This document shows, one piece after another, positions 30,024 to 39,600 of a DNA stretch of 64,000 bases. The DNA comes from Giardia intestinalis (lineage: Eukaryota): assembly GCA_000002435.2 (NCBI GenBank), contig CM018790.1; one strand, given 5' to 3'. Made by a program: the position numbers and the translations under genes. Each line of letters opens with the position of its first letter. Positions within the stretch are counted from its first letter, which is position 1. Under the pieces are notes generated by a model. That model was not told where the DNA came from and did no database searches. It saw only the letters and a program-made list of their open reading frames with translations.

Positions 30024-33000
30024 TTACGTGGTAGTTTGCATCCAAATGAGCCTAGCAACCCGAATGGCGTCGCGTGTCGACCTTAGTGGGGCATTGAGTA
30101 ACGAACCTAAATGATTTGCAACCTCGAAGCGCTTGGATTCTAAAAACGAATAGGCCACAGGATCTGCACCAACACCGTATCGAAGCCGGCCAATTGCTGC
30201 TACAATCAATGCGCAGCAGTGGACTATTTTTGTGTTTGCCTCCTTGAGTAGCCTCATGGATTTCTCTAGAAGCACTAGGATGCCCTCTTGATCTAGCTGG
30301 CGGGATGTGACCCGTTGCTCTAGGATTGCTCCGCAAAGAGTGCTAGTAGGCAGATCCTCGAGGAGCTCATTTAAAGAGATAGCTTCAGATATAGTTTGAT
30401 AGGCGTACGTGGTGTTCGTCTCTTGGAGCATCAGTATAGCAGCGTAAAAGGCGGATCTATCTATACACTTTAAAGCTTTCAAGACCGAGGACAGAAAGGA
30501 GTGAAGTAAGCCTATGTCCTGCGAGGCTTGTAGCACAAAGTGCGTTAGTGCGGAGACGATACAAGGCCCATGTGCTCCCAGAGAGGTTATTGTCCCGAGT
30601 AGTCTATTCACGGCATTTATAAATATAGGCATTTCCTCTGGCGAGCACCATTTGAGAGAGTTCATTGCAATAAGCGTACAGTACTGTGCATCGAAGTCAG
30701 TGGTAGCTAACTGTGCACAAATCTTGATGTACTCAGTACGATTGTGGTGAGATAGATATTGTGCAATAAATAAGGCATCTGGAAGTTTATACTTTAAGCC
30801 CTTTTCTATAAGTGCGCAGGCCTCTGGGTGAGAATCAAAGGCGTATAAATGCAGACGTATTGATAAGTGGAGGCAGTACGCTATTACTTGTGCTTGTAAA
30901 TAACTATCTACGGACTTCTCAAGTCTATTGATTCCCTCCGCTAGACTAGCCACTGCTCCCCCAGCTGACGCTCCATCGATGACTTCTCTAACAAGTGTCT
31001 GGAAGTATTCATTATTTAACAGATCCTCAACTAAATCTAAAACTGGCTTATTTTGTGTCAGTATGGATGTGATGAGCAGGCCTTCAAAATCTTTGATGAT
31101 GCTTGCTCTAATATTCTGTCCGTTAAGAGTTGATAAGGCAAAAGGAAGAGGCAAACCCTCATTCAATTGTATCGTCCTTAGAATGTGTAGATCAACACTG
31201 GCCATTATCGAGCAAAGACGATGCCTGACTGTATCTGGTGTTCCAGCCGTATAATTAACTAGACCAAATAATAGAGACGCCTTCAAACCAGCCATGACTT
31301 CCTCTGGCACATGTGATTGGCAAAATGATATTATGTGCTCCCAACTAGGATGGGTAACAGGAAGGTCCAGCCCCACAGAGCTAAGAGCGTAATAGTATCG
31401 CAGTATGCAAAGCAGATCATCAAGGGCCTCCGGTGCTAGAGACGATACAGTATCTATGTACATTTGTATGGTTTCTAGAAGCTGAGAGGATAGGAGAGGA
31501 TCGCTGATTAGGTGACAGTTGCTGAACGATATGGCAAGGACGTGTGTTCTCAGTCCAAATCTGACCCAGTGCTTCTTGGTTGCTTCGCTAAAGAGCATCA
31601 TAAACTTACATGTTTGCAGAGCGTGTCCCTCTGCGAGTACCATGCATTCGTTGAGAATTTCAATAAAGAGAGACCCCTCAATTACATCGCCAGCGGCAAG
31701 GTGTTCTACTAACAAGTTGAAAAATGTCGTTGAAAAGGCTTCCTTCCCCTGGTCAAGCCTACAGTATGTGCATAAGAGCTTGCAGTTGCTAGAAAAGATC
31801 TTCATGTTCTCGGTAGACCCCATAGAGATCTCCCGCTTTATTGTATCTTCCAGGTGCGCAGAAAACGTGCTTGCAACTTCTGTGTCGTAGTGAGAGAGCA
31901 TTAGCAGAAGAGACTCCTTGGCGGGACGGTCTGCCGAAGGAAACTGATCATAAATGAGCTCATTTGTAATTTGATAGAAGAGGTCATCTGCGTATCCAGC
32001 AGGAGTCAGGCTGACGGCAAGCTTGTTGGTAAATAAGTCAGTGAGCAATTGGCTGAACGTGGCGCTCTCCTGCAGCTTATTGAGTTGTTCAGCACTAAGG
32101 TGCATGTTGGAGAACTCAGGTAAGCGCATTCGTGAATGAATGACATTATACGTCTTTTCTGCAAGTAGCGTAAACATAGCTTGGAGAGATGGCAGGTTGT
32201 GCCCAAGTGCTTCGGGAAGTGTTTCTCGAAAGAGCTTTTCAAAGAAGTTAGAGAGGCTAAGGAAAACTGCACTTAATGACACTGATGGTTTGGCATCCTT
32301 GTTAGCAGAGTTGAGAATGGCGGTAAGAACCGCAGGTACGGCACTGATGCTGGAGTGTACTCTAGCGTCGGCAGTAAGAGAAGCTTCAAGTGTCAAAAAG
32401 AGCTGTCTACGCTCCTCTTCAGTGTCTGTCTCCAGAACACGCTCTGCGATCATCTGATACAAGCGCTCAGAGCCACTGGGATGAATTAGTGCTGAAAGTA
32501 GGGCCGCACGTAGTTCATCGGCTGTTAAATTGTCATCTGGATCTGGCGAATACTCTAGTGGAATGTACTCAATGAGAAACTCAAAGACATTTTCATCTGC
32601 ATCATCGTGAAGCTGAGACAAGGTCTCTTCACTGATAGAGAAACTGTAGTGGTGGAGTGATAGCCCGCATACCTCGTTCAGAGTGGGGCAGAGACACTCG
32701 TTGATGAGTAAAATAGCGAAGTGCAAGTACTCAATGAGTGTTCGCAGAATGGCAACAAGCTTTGCTACTAGGAAGATTATCGCCCCGCTTCGTTCTCCAC
32801 GAAAAGCTAAGGTCAGCGTTTTCAGTAATTCAGTGCCTGCCTTATAGCCATCGACAAGATCTACTACCGTTTTAGACGTGCCACTCGATCTGGAAGATGA
32901 TAGCTCTCCTCTCGTTTCCAGCCAATCAAGGAGCAGGGTGCATATGTTCTTCTTAGCCAAAACTTTTGAGTACGTGATGCGTGGACTAAGCTTGAGAAGT

Positions 33001-33419
33001 TTGTTCATGTATCTCCGCATAAGAGATACTTCAGCAAAAGACTGGTCGCTCAAAAAAGCCTCACGAGCTAGAGGAAGAAGATGCTCTGCCACAGCTCCTG
33101 CTTCTAAGAGTGACGAGCACCGAGATATACTAAACTCTGCTAGGGCTGTCTGGATTTCTGCATCCAGCAAGGGCTTACTTTTGGAAATTGCTAGACTGAC
33201 CAGTTCGACAATACGGCATGACTGTGCATCCTTATAGTTCTTCCCAGTGTTCTCTGCGATCTTAATGAAGGCAAGAAGGCATTCTTTTGTGGCGAACGAT
33301 ACCTGCGAACGAATGTCATCCAGCGCCTCCTCGGATGAGATGAGGTTTGTGTAGCTTGTGATCAACCGCTTGAGATCTTCATCGATATCAGGAGGGACAG
33401 CAGAGCCCCTAGCAGTCAT
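30024..33419 (-). CDS. Large hypothetical protein (1131 aa), probably all-helical, leucine-rich and repeat-like (ARM/HEAT-like, unproven)
   Basis: Long ATG-start ORF. Composition and periodicity suggest solenoid helices. No catalytic motif and no family I could name. Confidence 0.7.
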   Translation of the reverse strand: MTARGSAVPPDIDEDLKRLITSYTNLISSEEALDDIRSQVSFATKECLLAFIKIAENTGKNYKDAQSCRIVELVSLAISKSKPLLDAEIQTALAEFSISRCSSLLEAGAVAEHLLPLAREAFLSDQSFAEVSLMRRYMNKLLKLSPRITYSKVLAKKNICTLLLDWLETRGELSSSRSSGTSKTVVDLVDGYKAGTELLKTLTLAFRGERSGAIIFLVAKLVAILRTLIEYLHFAILLINECLCPTLNEVCGLSLHHYSFSISEETLSQLHDDADENVFEFLIEYIPLEYSPDPDDNLTADELRAALLSALIHPSGSERLYQMIAERVLETDTEEERRQLFLTLEASLTADARVHSSISAVPAVLTAILNSANKDAKPSVSLSAVFLSLSNFFEKLFRETLPEALGHNLPSLQAMFTLLAEKTYNVIHSRMRLPEFSNMHLSAEQLNKLQESATFSQLLTDLFTNKLAVSLTPAGYADDLFYQITNELIYDQFPSADRPAKESLLLMLSHYDTEVASTFSAHLEDTIKREISMGSTENMKIFSSNCKLLCTYCRLDQGKEAFSTTFFNLLVEHLAAGDVIEGSLFIEILNECMVLAEGHALQTCKFMMLFSEATKKHWVRFGLRTHVLAISFSNCHLISDPLLSSQLLETIQMYIDTVSSLAPEALDDLLCILRYYYALSSVGLDLPVTHPSWEHIISFCQSHVPEEVMAGLKASLLFGLVNYTAGTPDTVRHRLCSIMASVDLHILRTIQLNEGLPLPFALSTLNGQNIRASIIKDFEGLLITSILTQNKPVLDLVEDLLNNEYFQTLVREVIDGASAGGAVASLAEGINRLEKSVDSYLQAQVIAYCLHLSIRLHLYAFDSHPEACALIEKGLKYKLPDALFIAQYLSHHNRTEYIKICAQLATTDFDAQYCTLIAMNSLKWCSPEEMPIFINAVNRLLGTITSLGAHGPCIVSALTHFVLQASQDIGLLHSFLSSVLKALKCIDRSAFYAAILMLQETNTTYAYQTISEAISLNELLEDLPTSTLCGAILEQRVTSRQLDQEGILVLLEKSMRLLKEANTKIVHCCALIVAAIGRLRYGVGADPVAYSFLESKRFEVANHLGSLLNAPLRSTRDAIRVARLIWMQTTT

Positions 33420-33437
33420 TGGAATTTAACGATTTTT
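33420..33437. promoter_or_regulatory. 18-nt AT-rich divergent intergenic region (tggaatttaacgattttt) between the start codons of the 1131-aa gene (minus) and the RS-rich gene (plus); probably a minimal bidirectional initiator
   Basis: The CAT at 33417-33419 and the ATG at 33438 were read directly. The 18 nt between them are 13/18 A+T. Giardia promoters are short AT-rich elements directly upstream of the ATG. Confidence 0.4.
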
Positions 33438-34283
33438 ATGGGCTTGCTTGGTCCACAAATGCCAACTTCTTTTCGACTGGGCACACTTTGCGAAGACTTC
33501 ACCTCTGTCTCGCAGACCGCCCCTAAAATACTAAATTTAGTTCTAATGCCTCAGACCCCAGAGCTCATAATAGAAGAAATTGACATAGAGCGAGAGTACA
33601 AAGACGAGATAACGTCACTGCAGTCTGCCCTTGACCTGGAACGACGCACAAACGCACGTCTACTACAACGCATCGCAGAGCTCGAAAACGAGCTTCTGAT
33701 GGCCCGGTTGCCAAAGGCATGTGAGCAGTGCAAGATTTACTGTCAACTCCTTGATGAGCTACAGAAGAAGTCTGAGCGGCGCGACCAGGAGCTTGCTGCA
33801 GAGGCCTCGCAGCATCCAGTTCCAAGCGGGCCTGCACGCGCAGTGTACAGTGCTATTCAGCCGCTCCCAGCTCACGCAATAACATGCGAAGAGATAGAGC
33901 CACTTCTCTTGACTCTTAGCAAGCAAAGCCCTCGCAACCAGATACACGGATCAGGCGGCACTCCTCGTCGGCAAACCCCTAGAAACAGGCGCTCTCCACG
34001 GTCTCGGTCGGGATCAGCCACCAGGACCAGAACACCAAAGTCCCGATCAGGGTCTACAAAGATTGGGCCTCGAAGCGGTAGCACTCAAGGAGGTTCGGAG
34101 CAAAATAAAAGCAAGCGGTCACCAGGCAACAAAAGAAGCTCACAGGGAATGCGGAGCGCCAAAATAGTTTCGCAGATACCAGATCACCCCTCAGGAAAGA
34201 AACGCAGCACCTCCAAGCCTTCCAACCCACGCAACTCCCAATCCAGCGTAGCAGGAGCACGGCCGGTTAGATTTGGATTCTAG
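33438..34283 (+). CDS. Hypothetical protein with an N-terminal coiled-coil and a C-terminal Arg/Ser-rich (RS-like) basic tail
   Basis: 281 aa. Residues 40-120 are heptad-like (EITSLQSALDLERRTNARLLQRIAELENELLMARL). The tail reads RRQTPRNRRSPRSRSGSATRTRTPKSRSGS... Confidence 0.6.
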   Translation: MGLLGPQMPTSFRLGTLCEDFTSVSQTAPKILNLVLMPQTPELIIEEIDIEREYKDEITSLQSALDLERRTNARLLQRIAELENELLMARLPKACEQCKIYCQLLDELQKKSERRDQELAAEASQHPVPSGPARAVYSAIQPLPAHAITCEEIEPLLLTLSKQSPRNQIHGSGGTPRRQTPRNRRSPRSRSGSATRTRTPKSRSGSTKIGPRSGSTQGGSEQNKSKRSPGNKRSSQGMRSAKIVSQIPDHPSGKKRSTSKPSNPRNSQSSVAGARPVRFGF

Positions 34284-34309
34284 CTGCATGAAAGCTCGCC
34301 GTGCACTGC

Positions 34310-35428
34310 CTATTTCTTTTCCCCTTTCTTTCCCTTTTTCTTTTTCTGGACGCTAATGTTGGCTTCTTCGCCTGAGAGAAGCGCAAGTAAATTCGTGTAG
34401 CCTGCGTCCGCAGCGAAGTCAACAGCCTTGAACCCCTGCTTGTTACGGATGTGGCCCTCCTTGTCTAAGAGAAGCTCACAAATGTCGCGATTGCCCACAG
34501 ATGCAGCCCACATCAGAGCGCAGCTGTTATCCGCTGGACAAACCATCCCTGCCTCGTATGGAGCCAGCAATTTAGCAATATCATACGCTCCGTGTCTGGC
34601 AGCGCTCATCAGGGCTGTCCAGCCGTCCATTTTTGTCAATTTGGCTTCGTGGGGTACAAGGACTGCCGCAGCATCGAGGTGTTTCTCCTCAACCGCCCCC
34701 ATCAAGGCGGTCCAGCCTGCAAGCGTCTTGAGTCCCTTCTCAGATGGAGCTAGGAGCTTCACGATATTTGTGAAGCCATTCCCTGCAGCAATCATGAGTG
34801 CAGTGACCCCTGATCGAGTTTGGATCCCGGCCTCCGACTTCATAAGAATCTTGACGGCGTCCTCAATCCCGTTTTCTGCAGCCGTCATAAGAGCCGTCCA
34901 GCCATCTCGGCGCCTAGAGCCCGCCTCCCGGGGCGCTAGGATCCTAACAATCTCCACGTTGCCATTCTGCACCGCTTCCATGAGGGCCGTGTTTCCATTT
35001 TTTTGCTGTAGGCCCGCCTCCTTGCCCACGAGTAGCGAGACACAGTCTGCATGACCAAGATGAGCAGCCAGCATCAAGGCAGTGACACCGTTTGGCAGCG
35101 CCATCGTAGCTTCAGAATTCAGGAGGGTCTTCACGGTTCTGACATCGTTCATGATTGTGGCTCGCATGAGGGCGGTGAAGATGTACTGACCTTTAGAGGT
35201 CAGGATGTCATAGATTGCATTAGTCCTTTCCACATTATGCACTACAGCGATGCCAGCGCCCGCCTCCTTCGAGTGGAACCCCTCCTTGTCCATAAAAAAG
35301 TACTGGTTCAACTCCGGCTCTGTGGGAGGCTGTACCTCCATTCCAGTCCGTGGGTCCACCAATCGTTGATTGGTTATATAACAAGAGTTTGGAAGCGCGG
35401 GAGCGTTAGCAATGGGCTGCAGATTCAT
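34310..35428 (-). CDS. Ankyrin-repeat protein (protein 21.1 family, no kinase domain)
   Basis: The ORF-track end at 35431 is a TTG and the adjacent ATG is at 35428 (MNLQPI...). Eight or more ANK repeats (GVTALMLAAHLGHADCVSLL, GNTALMEAVQNGNVEIVRIL, GWTALMTAAENGIEDAVKIL, GVTALMIAAGNGFTNIVKLL...). Lys-rich C-terminal tail. Confidence 0.85.
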   Translation of the reverse strand: MNLQPIANAPALPNSCYITNQRLVDPRTGMEVQPPTEPELNQYFFMDKEGFHSKEAGAGIAVVHNVERTNAIYDILTSKGQYIFTALMRATIMNDVRTVKTLLNSEATMALPNGVTALMLAAHLGHADCVSLLVGKEAGLQQKNGNTALMEAVQNGNVEIVRILAPREAGSRRRDGWTALMTAAENGIEDAVKILMKSEAGIQTRSGVTALMIAAGNGFTNIVKLLAPSEKGLKTLAGWTALMGAVEEKHLDAAAVLVPHEAKLTKMDGWTALMSAARHGAYDIAKLLAPYEAGMVCPADNSCALMWAASVGNRDICELLLDKEGHIRNKQGFKAVDFAADAGYTNLLALLSGEEANISVQKKKKGKKGEKK

Positions 35429-35464
35429 CAATAAATTTTAGCGGAAATTTAGTAGCGCAGCCTT

Positions 35465-35983
35465 CTACTCTGACTTGAGCATTCGGTCGTAGAATGCGAA
35501 TCCTTCTGAAAAGTAATACAGATAGTTATCAATATTGTACCCGTTTGTAGCCATGAAGAATTTTGAGTTCCGAAGCCTCTCGAGCTTTGCAATCTCCAAC
35601 TGCTTGGGAATCCGTTCTATGCGCCGCTTTGTTGCTGCCTGTATGCCAGATTGAGTTGGAAGCACGGAAAGGATGTGCCGATCTGTGAGACGGAGCATCC
35701 TAGGCTTCCCGGGGACTAAGTAGAAGGCGGTAATATCCCTAGCAATGGAGTTAACTATCTGCTTAATCATTCCACTGAAGAATTCGTTGATCTCCCGCAC
35801 CTTTTGAGAATCACTTCCAGCGGGGTCCTTGGCGATTAGAAGGCCGTTTTCCTGCAAGTATGTAACAGCGTCAAATAAAAAACCAGACAACGCATGATTC
35901 CCTGCCCCGGTACTAACCCCCGCAGGGTTCAACGGAGCCATTCTGAAACTTTTTAAAAGGACAGTACATAGAAGAGACTGCAT
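35465..35983 (-). CDS. Hypothetical protein (172 aa, or 158 aa if translation starts at the second Met)
   Basis: ATG-start ORF. The internal Met15 (MAPLNPAG...) is directly preceded by the AT-rich ctgtccttttaaaaagtttcagaATGg, which looks more like a Giardia initiator than the context of Met1. No recognised family. Confidence 0.5.
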   Translation of the reverse strand: MQSLLCTVLLKSFRMAPLNPAGVSTGAGNHALSGFLFDAVTYLQENGLLIAKDPAGSDSQKVREINEFFSGMIKQIVNSIARDITAFYLVPGKPRMLRLTDRHILSVLPTQSGIQAATKRRIERIPKQLEIAKLERLRNSKFFMATNGYNIDNYLYYFSEGFAFYDRMLKSE

Positions 35984-36074
35984 AGAGAAGACTTCGTTTA
36001 CAAGGCATTTAGTTGGACAGAAAGTAGCCAGCGACGATGGTTGGATCGGCTCAGCGCATCAGACGGGGATTAGA

Positions 36075-36650
36075 TTAAAGGTACTTGGAGAGCCACTTAA
36101 AACCGTCCGTGTAGCCAAACCTATTTATTACGCTGCAAGGAAAGACTTCAAGAGGCCTCTGATCACTGCGAAGCTTGGATCCGCCCTTTCCGGTGAGCAG
36201 ATGCTGAATACCGAAACTTTGGACCATGGTCTCCATGGACACGGCTGTCTGGATATCAACCTTGTTGCTCAGGATGAGAATAGGGGTTGTCGCCAGGTCG
36301 TGGTTGTCGAGGAGCTCTTGGAGGGTGCGTCGGCTCTCTTCAAATCGCGATGGATCTGCGGAGTCAACGAGGAAGACTATCCCGTCGCTGTTGGTGACAT
36401 ATTGCTCCCAGAGTTGTCTTGCTACCTCGTGGCCACCGAGATCGAAGGTCTTGAACCTGATGGAGCCCATGACTAGCTCCTGTGATGTCGGCTGTTGGGT
36501 AGGGGCCACTGTAGTAGTGGCAGAGTTCTTGAGCATAGCTAGAAGTGTAGACTTCCCGGCGTTGTCAAGCCCCACAAACACTATCGTGGCCTTCTTCTTA
36601 TAGAGCCCAAGAAAAGACAGTGCCGACTTGAACCAGTCACCAAAGCCCAT
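36075..36650 (-). CDS. SAR1: SAR1 small GTPase (COPII coat assembly)
   Basis: 191 aa. GLDNAGKSTLL (P-loop), FDLGGH (switch II / DxxG), SNKVD (NKxD). The N-terminal amphipathic MGFGDWFKSALSFLGLYKKKATIVFVG aligns with SAR1's [27 protein letters not shown]. C-terminus RPLEVFPCSVINRFGYTDGFKWLSKYL. Confidence 0.9.
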   Translation of the reverse strand: MGFGDWFKSALSFLGLYKKKATIVFVGLDNAGKSTLLAMLKNSATTTVAPTQQPTSQELVMGSIRFKTFDLGGHEVARQLWEQYVTNSDGIVFLVDSADPSRFEESRRTLQELLDNHDLATTPILILSNKVDIQTAVSMETMVQSFGIQHLLTGKGGSKLRSDQRPLEVFPCSVINRFGYTDGFKWLSKYL

Positions 36651-36667
36651 ACTTTTTAAAAGTCTAA
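36651..36667. promoter_or_regulatory. 17-nt AT-rich divergent spacer (actttttaaaagtctaa) between the SAR1 start (minus) and the 1801-aa gene start (plus); a minimal bidirectional promoter
   Basis: Both start codons were read directly (CAT ending at 36650, ATG at 36668). The spacer is 13/17 A+T. Confidence 0.4.
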
Positions 36668-39600
36668 ATGAGCGAAACGCTCCTGACTATCAACACGGTC
36701 CTATCGTCAGGCGCTGTGATAGCTTCGTTCAGAGGGCGGTATTCTGCTGGTGCATCTACTGACGAGCTGCTAATCGTCAGGTCCAACTGTTTTCAAATCT
36801 ATGGAGTAGAGTGTACAAAGTCCGCAGATGCAGCAGGGACCCCCATGGAGGTGTTCCGGCCACTACTAACGGTAGACCTAATCGTTTCTATCGATAGAGC
36901 ATGCCACATTCCAGCGATTTCCTTTGCGAATCAAACGTTTTCACAGGATTTACTTCTCCTTGTCTCTAGCACTTTGCACATCAGCTTATATGGATTTTAT
37001 GGTAATAGTCAGGCGCTTAATTACGTGGAGCTGTTAAATCTCAACCTCGCATTCTATCTGGCCACAGAAGGCCGCATCCCCCTCCCCATACCTAAGAAAT
37101 ACACCATGTCACTGGCGGCTGTTTCGGTGGTACCGACTATGAGTGCTTTAATTTGCTTTTCATACAGAGATTCCCCAACCATCGCGGGCCAGCTAGTGTT
37201 CATTTACTTATTCAACAGCGCCCTCGGGAGCAATTCGTCGTTGAAAAAGAACGCCCACAAGGCAGATGAGCATATCCACGCAAGCATCATTCTCCCAAAT
37301 AAGAACACGGAGACAAGCCAGGTCATAGATGTGAAGCAAGTATGCTTTCTAGAGTCACCTCCTCTTTACGAGCGCTCGGGGGAAACTATGCTCCCAGTCT
37401 TATGTGTCAATGGAAACAGCGACATCTGCTCATTTGAGATATGCCGTGAGTCATTTTTCTCCAGCCCGCAACTACATGGAATTGAATCGCGTATTAATCT
37501 GATAAAACAGGGAATTAAGCTCATGGATGGTCCGTTTTACATGCGTGACCTACCGTTTGGGTCGGTTTTGTGTCCTGTACACTTTTATATAGAGTCACCG
37601 GATGCACTAATGATGTACTTTCCTCTTGCAGTGGCTACCTGCGATTCGTTCAGCCTTGTTCTCAAAATGCGTGACTCCTACAGCATATCGTTTAGAACTG
37701 CAAATCAGCAGACTTTTAAGTCCCTTCATCCACAGGCAGTACCTCTAAATGTCACACAGATAGAAAACAGCCACATTTTTCTGATAGCTTTTGATGATGG
37801 CAACCTTTGCTATGTCTATCTTGACGTTGGACAGCTGTTCATGGTTGCAACTGACAAGAATGAGGAAGACATCAGCAGCACACTGACCACCACGGAGACC
37901 ATATACAGTAACGGTGTAGTAACGCATGCATTGCGTGCCAGGATTTTCACCACAGGCGTGTTTACGTGGCCTAACTACGGGAAGGAGGGCAAGATGTTCC
38001 GGCTCCCTTCATCTATTCATCTGGCATGTATACGGAAACGCCGCTACGGCTTGGTCAGGTCTCGCGGCAGCTCAGGTAAAGCAACATTAAGCCTACTGGA
38101 GGATGCTGCCTTTGCTACTGCGGCGGCACAGCAAGACCAGGGCACGTCTCCAGGATACTTCCAATCGGAGGAGAGCATTAGGCAGGATATGGCATCCGAC
38201 GAGGTCCTCATTTTCCTTGGGAGTCAGACACTCGACAGTACAATTACACGAGTGCAGCTATCAAATCTGTGCAAGGCCCATAACCTTAATGTCGAATGTG
38301 GAAAGGCCGGAAAGCAGCTGTTTGAAACACCCAAGCACGAATCTCTCTACCAGCTAGATCTCATCAACCAGCAGCTGATTCAGGGCGTCGGAGCCGTCCA
38401 AGATTTGTCTCATATCGAGAGCGGGCTTATTTTGACTGCTAGCTCACATGGACGAGACGGCAATCTTGCCTTGATGGAAAAGGGGATGCTCATTAGAAAC
38501 ATGGGAGACGCGAAGTTGCCGAATATGAGCATCGCCAATCTCTTCTTCTACCACTGTCCAGTTGACGCGCAATACTACATCGTTCTGGTTTCAAAGGCAG
38601 GTGATATCTCCATTTATCAAATAAAGCTTGCCAGCAGTTGCATGCACGGAAACCTCCAGAGGCAGAGCCAGCACAAAACTCGAAAACTATCGCAGCTCTC
38701 CGTCACATCGACCAAATCCATTCTAGGGCTTCTTCAAACAACCACTGGCTCCAGCCTACCAAGAGATATAGAGAACCATAGCCTAGTGGACTTTGTTCAC
38801 GTGCCAGATTCGCGAACAATATCTTCTCTGGCTGAAATTGATTTTGAAACCATCAGACAGAAGCACCCCGACTTCGGGATTTTGCTGTCGATGAGTACGC
38901 TCTCTATAGATACGAATAGGCGCATTACTATACGCTTATATAGAGGCGGCGTTTGCGTGGATAATTCAATTCTTTACAAGTTTAGCTCCACAGTCCTCAG
39001 CGGCAGGATCTACAAGGAGTACATTGTCGCTAGCGGTGCAGACAAGAGCATGTTCATAATGAGGGTCAGAACAGATACGCAACCATCCACTGCTCTTGTG
39101 ATGCTCAACAAGTACACGGACGTTCACGTCGCCACGGTGTCCATGGACACCTTAGATGCATCCAGGAACGTATATGCAGCCTTCTTTGGCATGCAGAACA
39201 AAACCATTTTGATATACGCTTTCGATAATTGTAACATGGAAGTTACATCTCTTAGTCCCATTAAAGTGCCGATAGTGCCGTTTAGCGTCTTGCTACTTTT
39301 GTCTGACACACTGGGAAAGGCTCACGAATCGCCAAACGTTGACGTGCTAGAAGGAAAGCTGGTGTTTTCTGGACTAGATGGGTATATCGGCATAATACCC
39401 TTTGAGGTCAGCCAAAAGAAATCCAAGCGAGCCTATACATACACATTAAGCACCTCCAAAATCAATTCAACCACGATCCTGAAGAGTCGTGAGGGGAAAA
39501 TCCCCCTTCAGCTCTATCATGTAATGGACTCGTCCAGTTCTTTTATGGTCCGCGGCTCGCACCTCTTCTACGCCACAATTAGGAAAGAGATTGACCTTAC

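Noticed and set aside
34428-35434. Plus-strand ORFs antisense to the ankyrin gene (34428..35054, 35051..35434)
   Set aside because: The ankyrin reading frame on the minus strand is unambiguous (repeated GxTALMxAAxxG motifs). The antisense frames have no features.
36074-36077. Apparent 1-nt disagreement between my hand-indexed codon positions and the ORF-track coordinates (SAR1 stop, CCT3 start, VSP GTG start)
   Set aside because: This is most likely my own counting error over long stretches of printed sequence. I kept the ORF-track coordinates as authoritative and derived corrected starts only by codon offsets from them.
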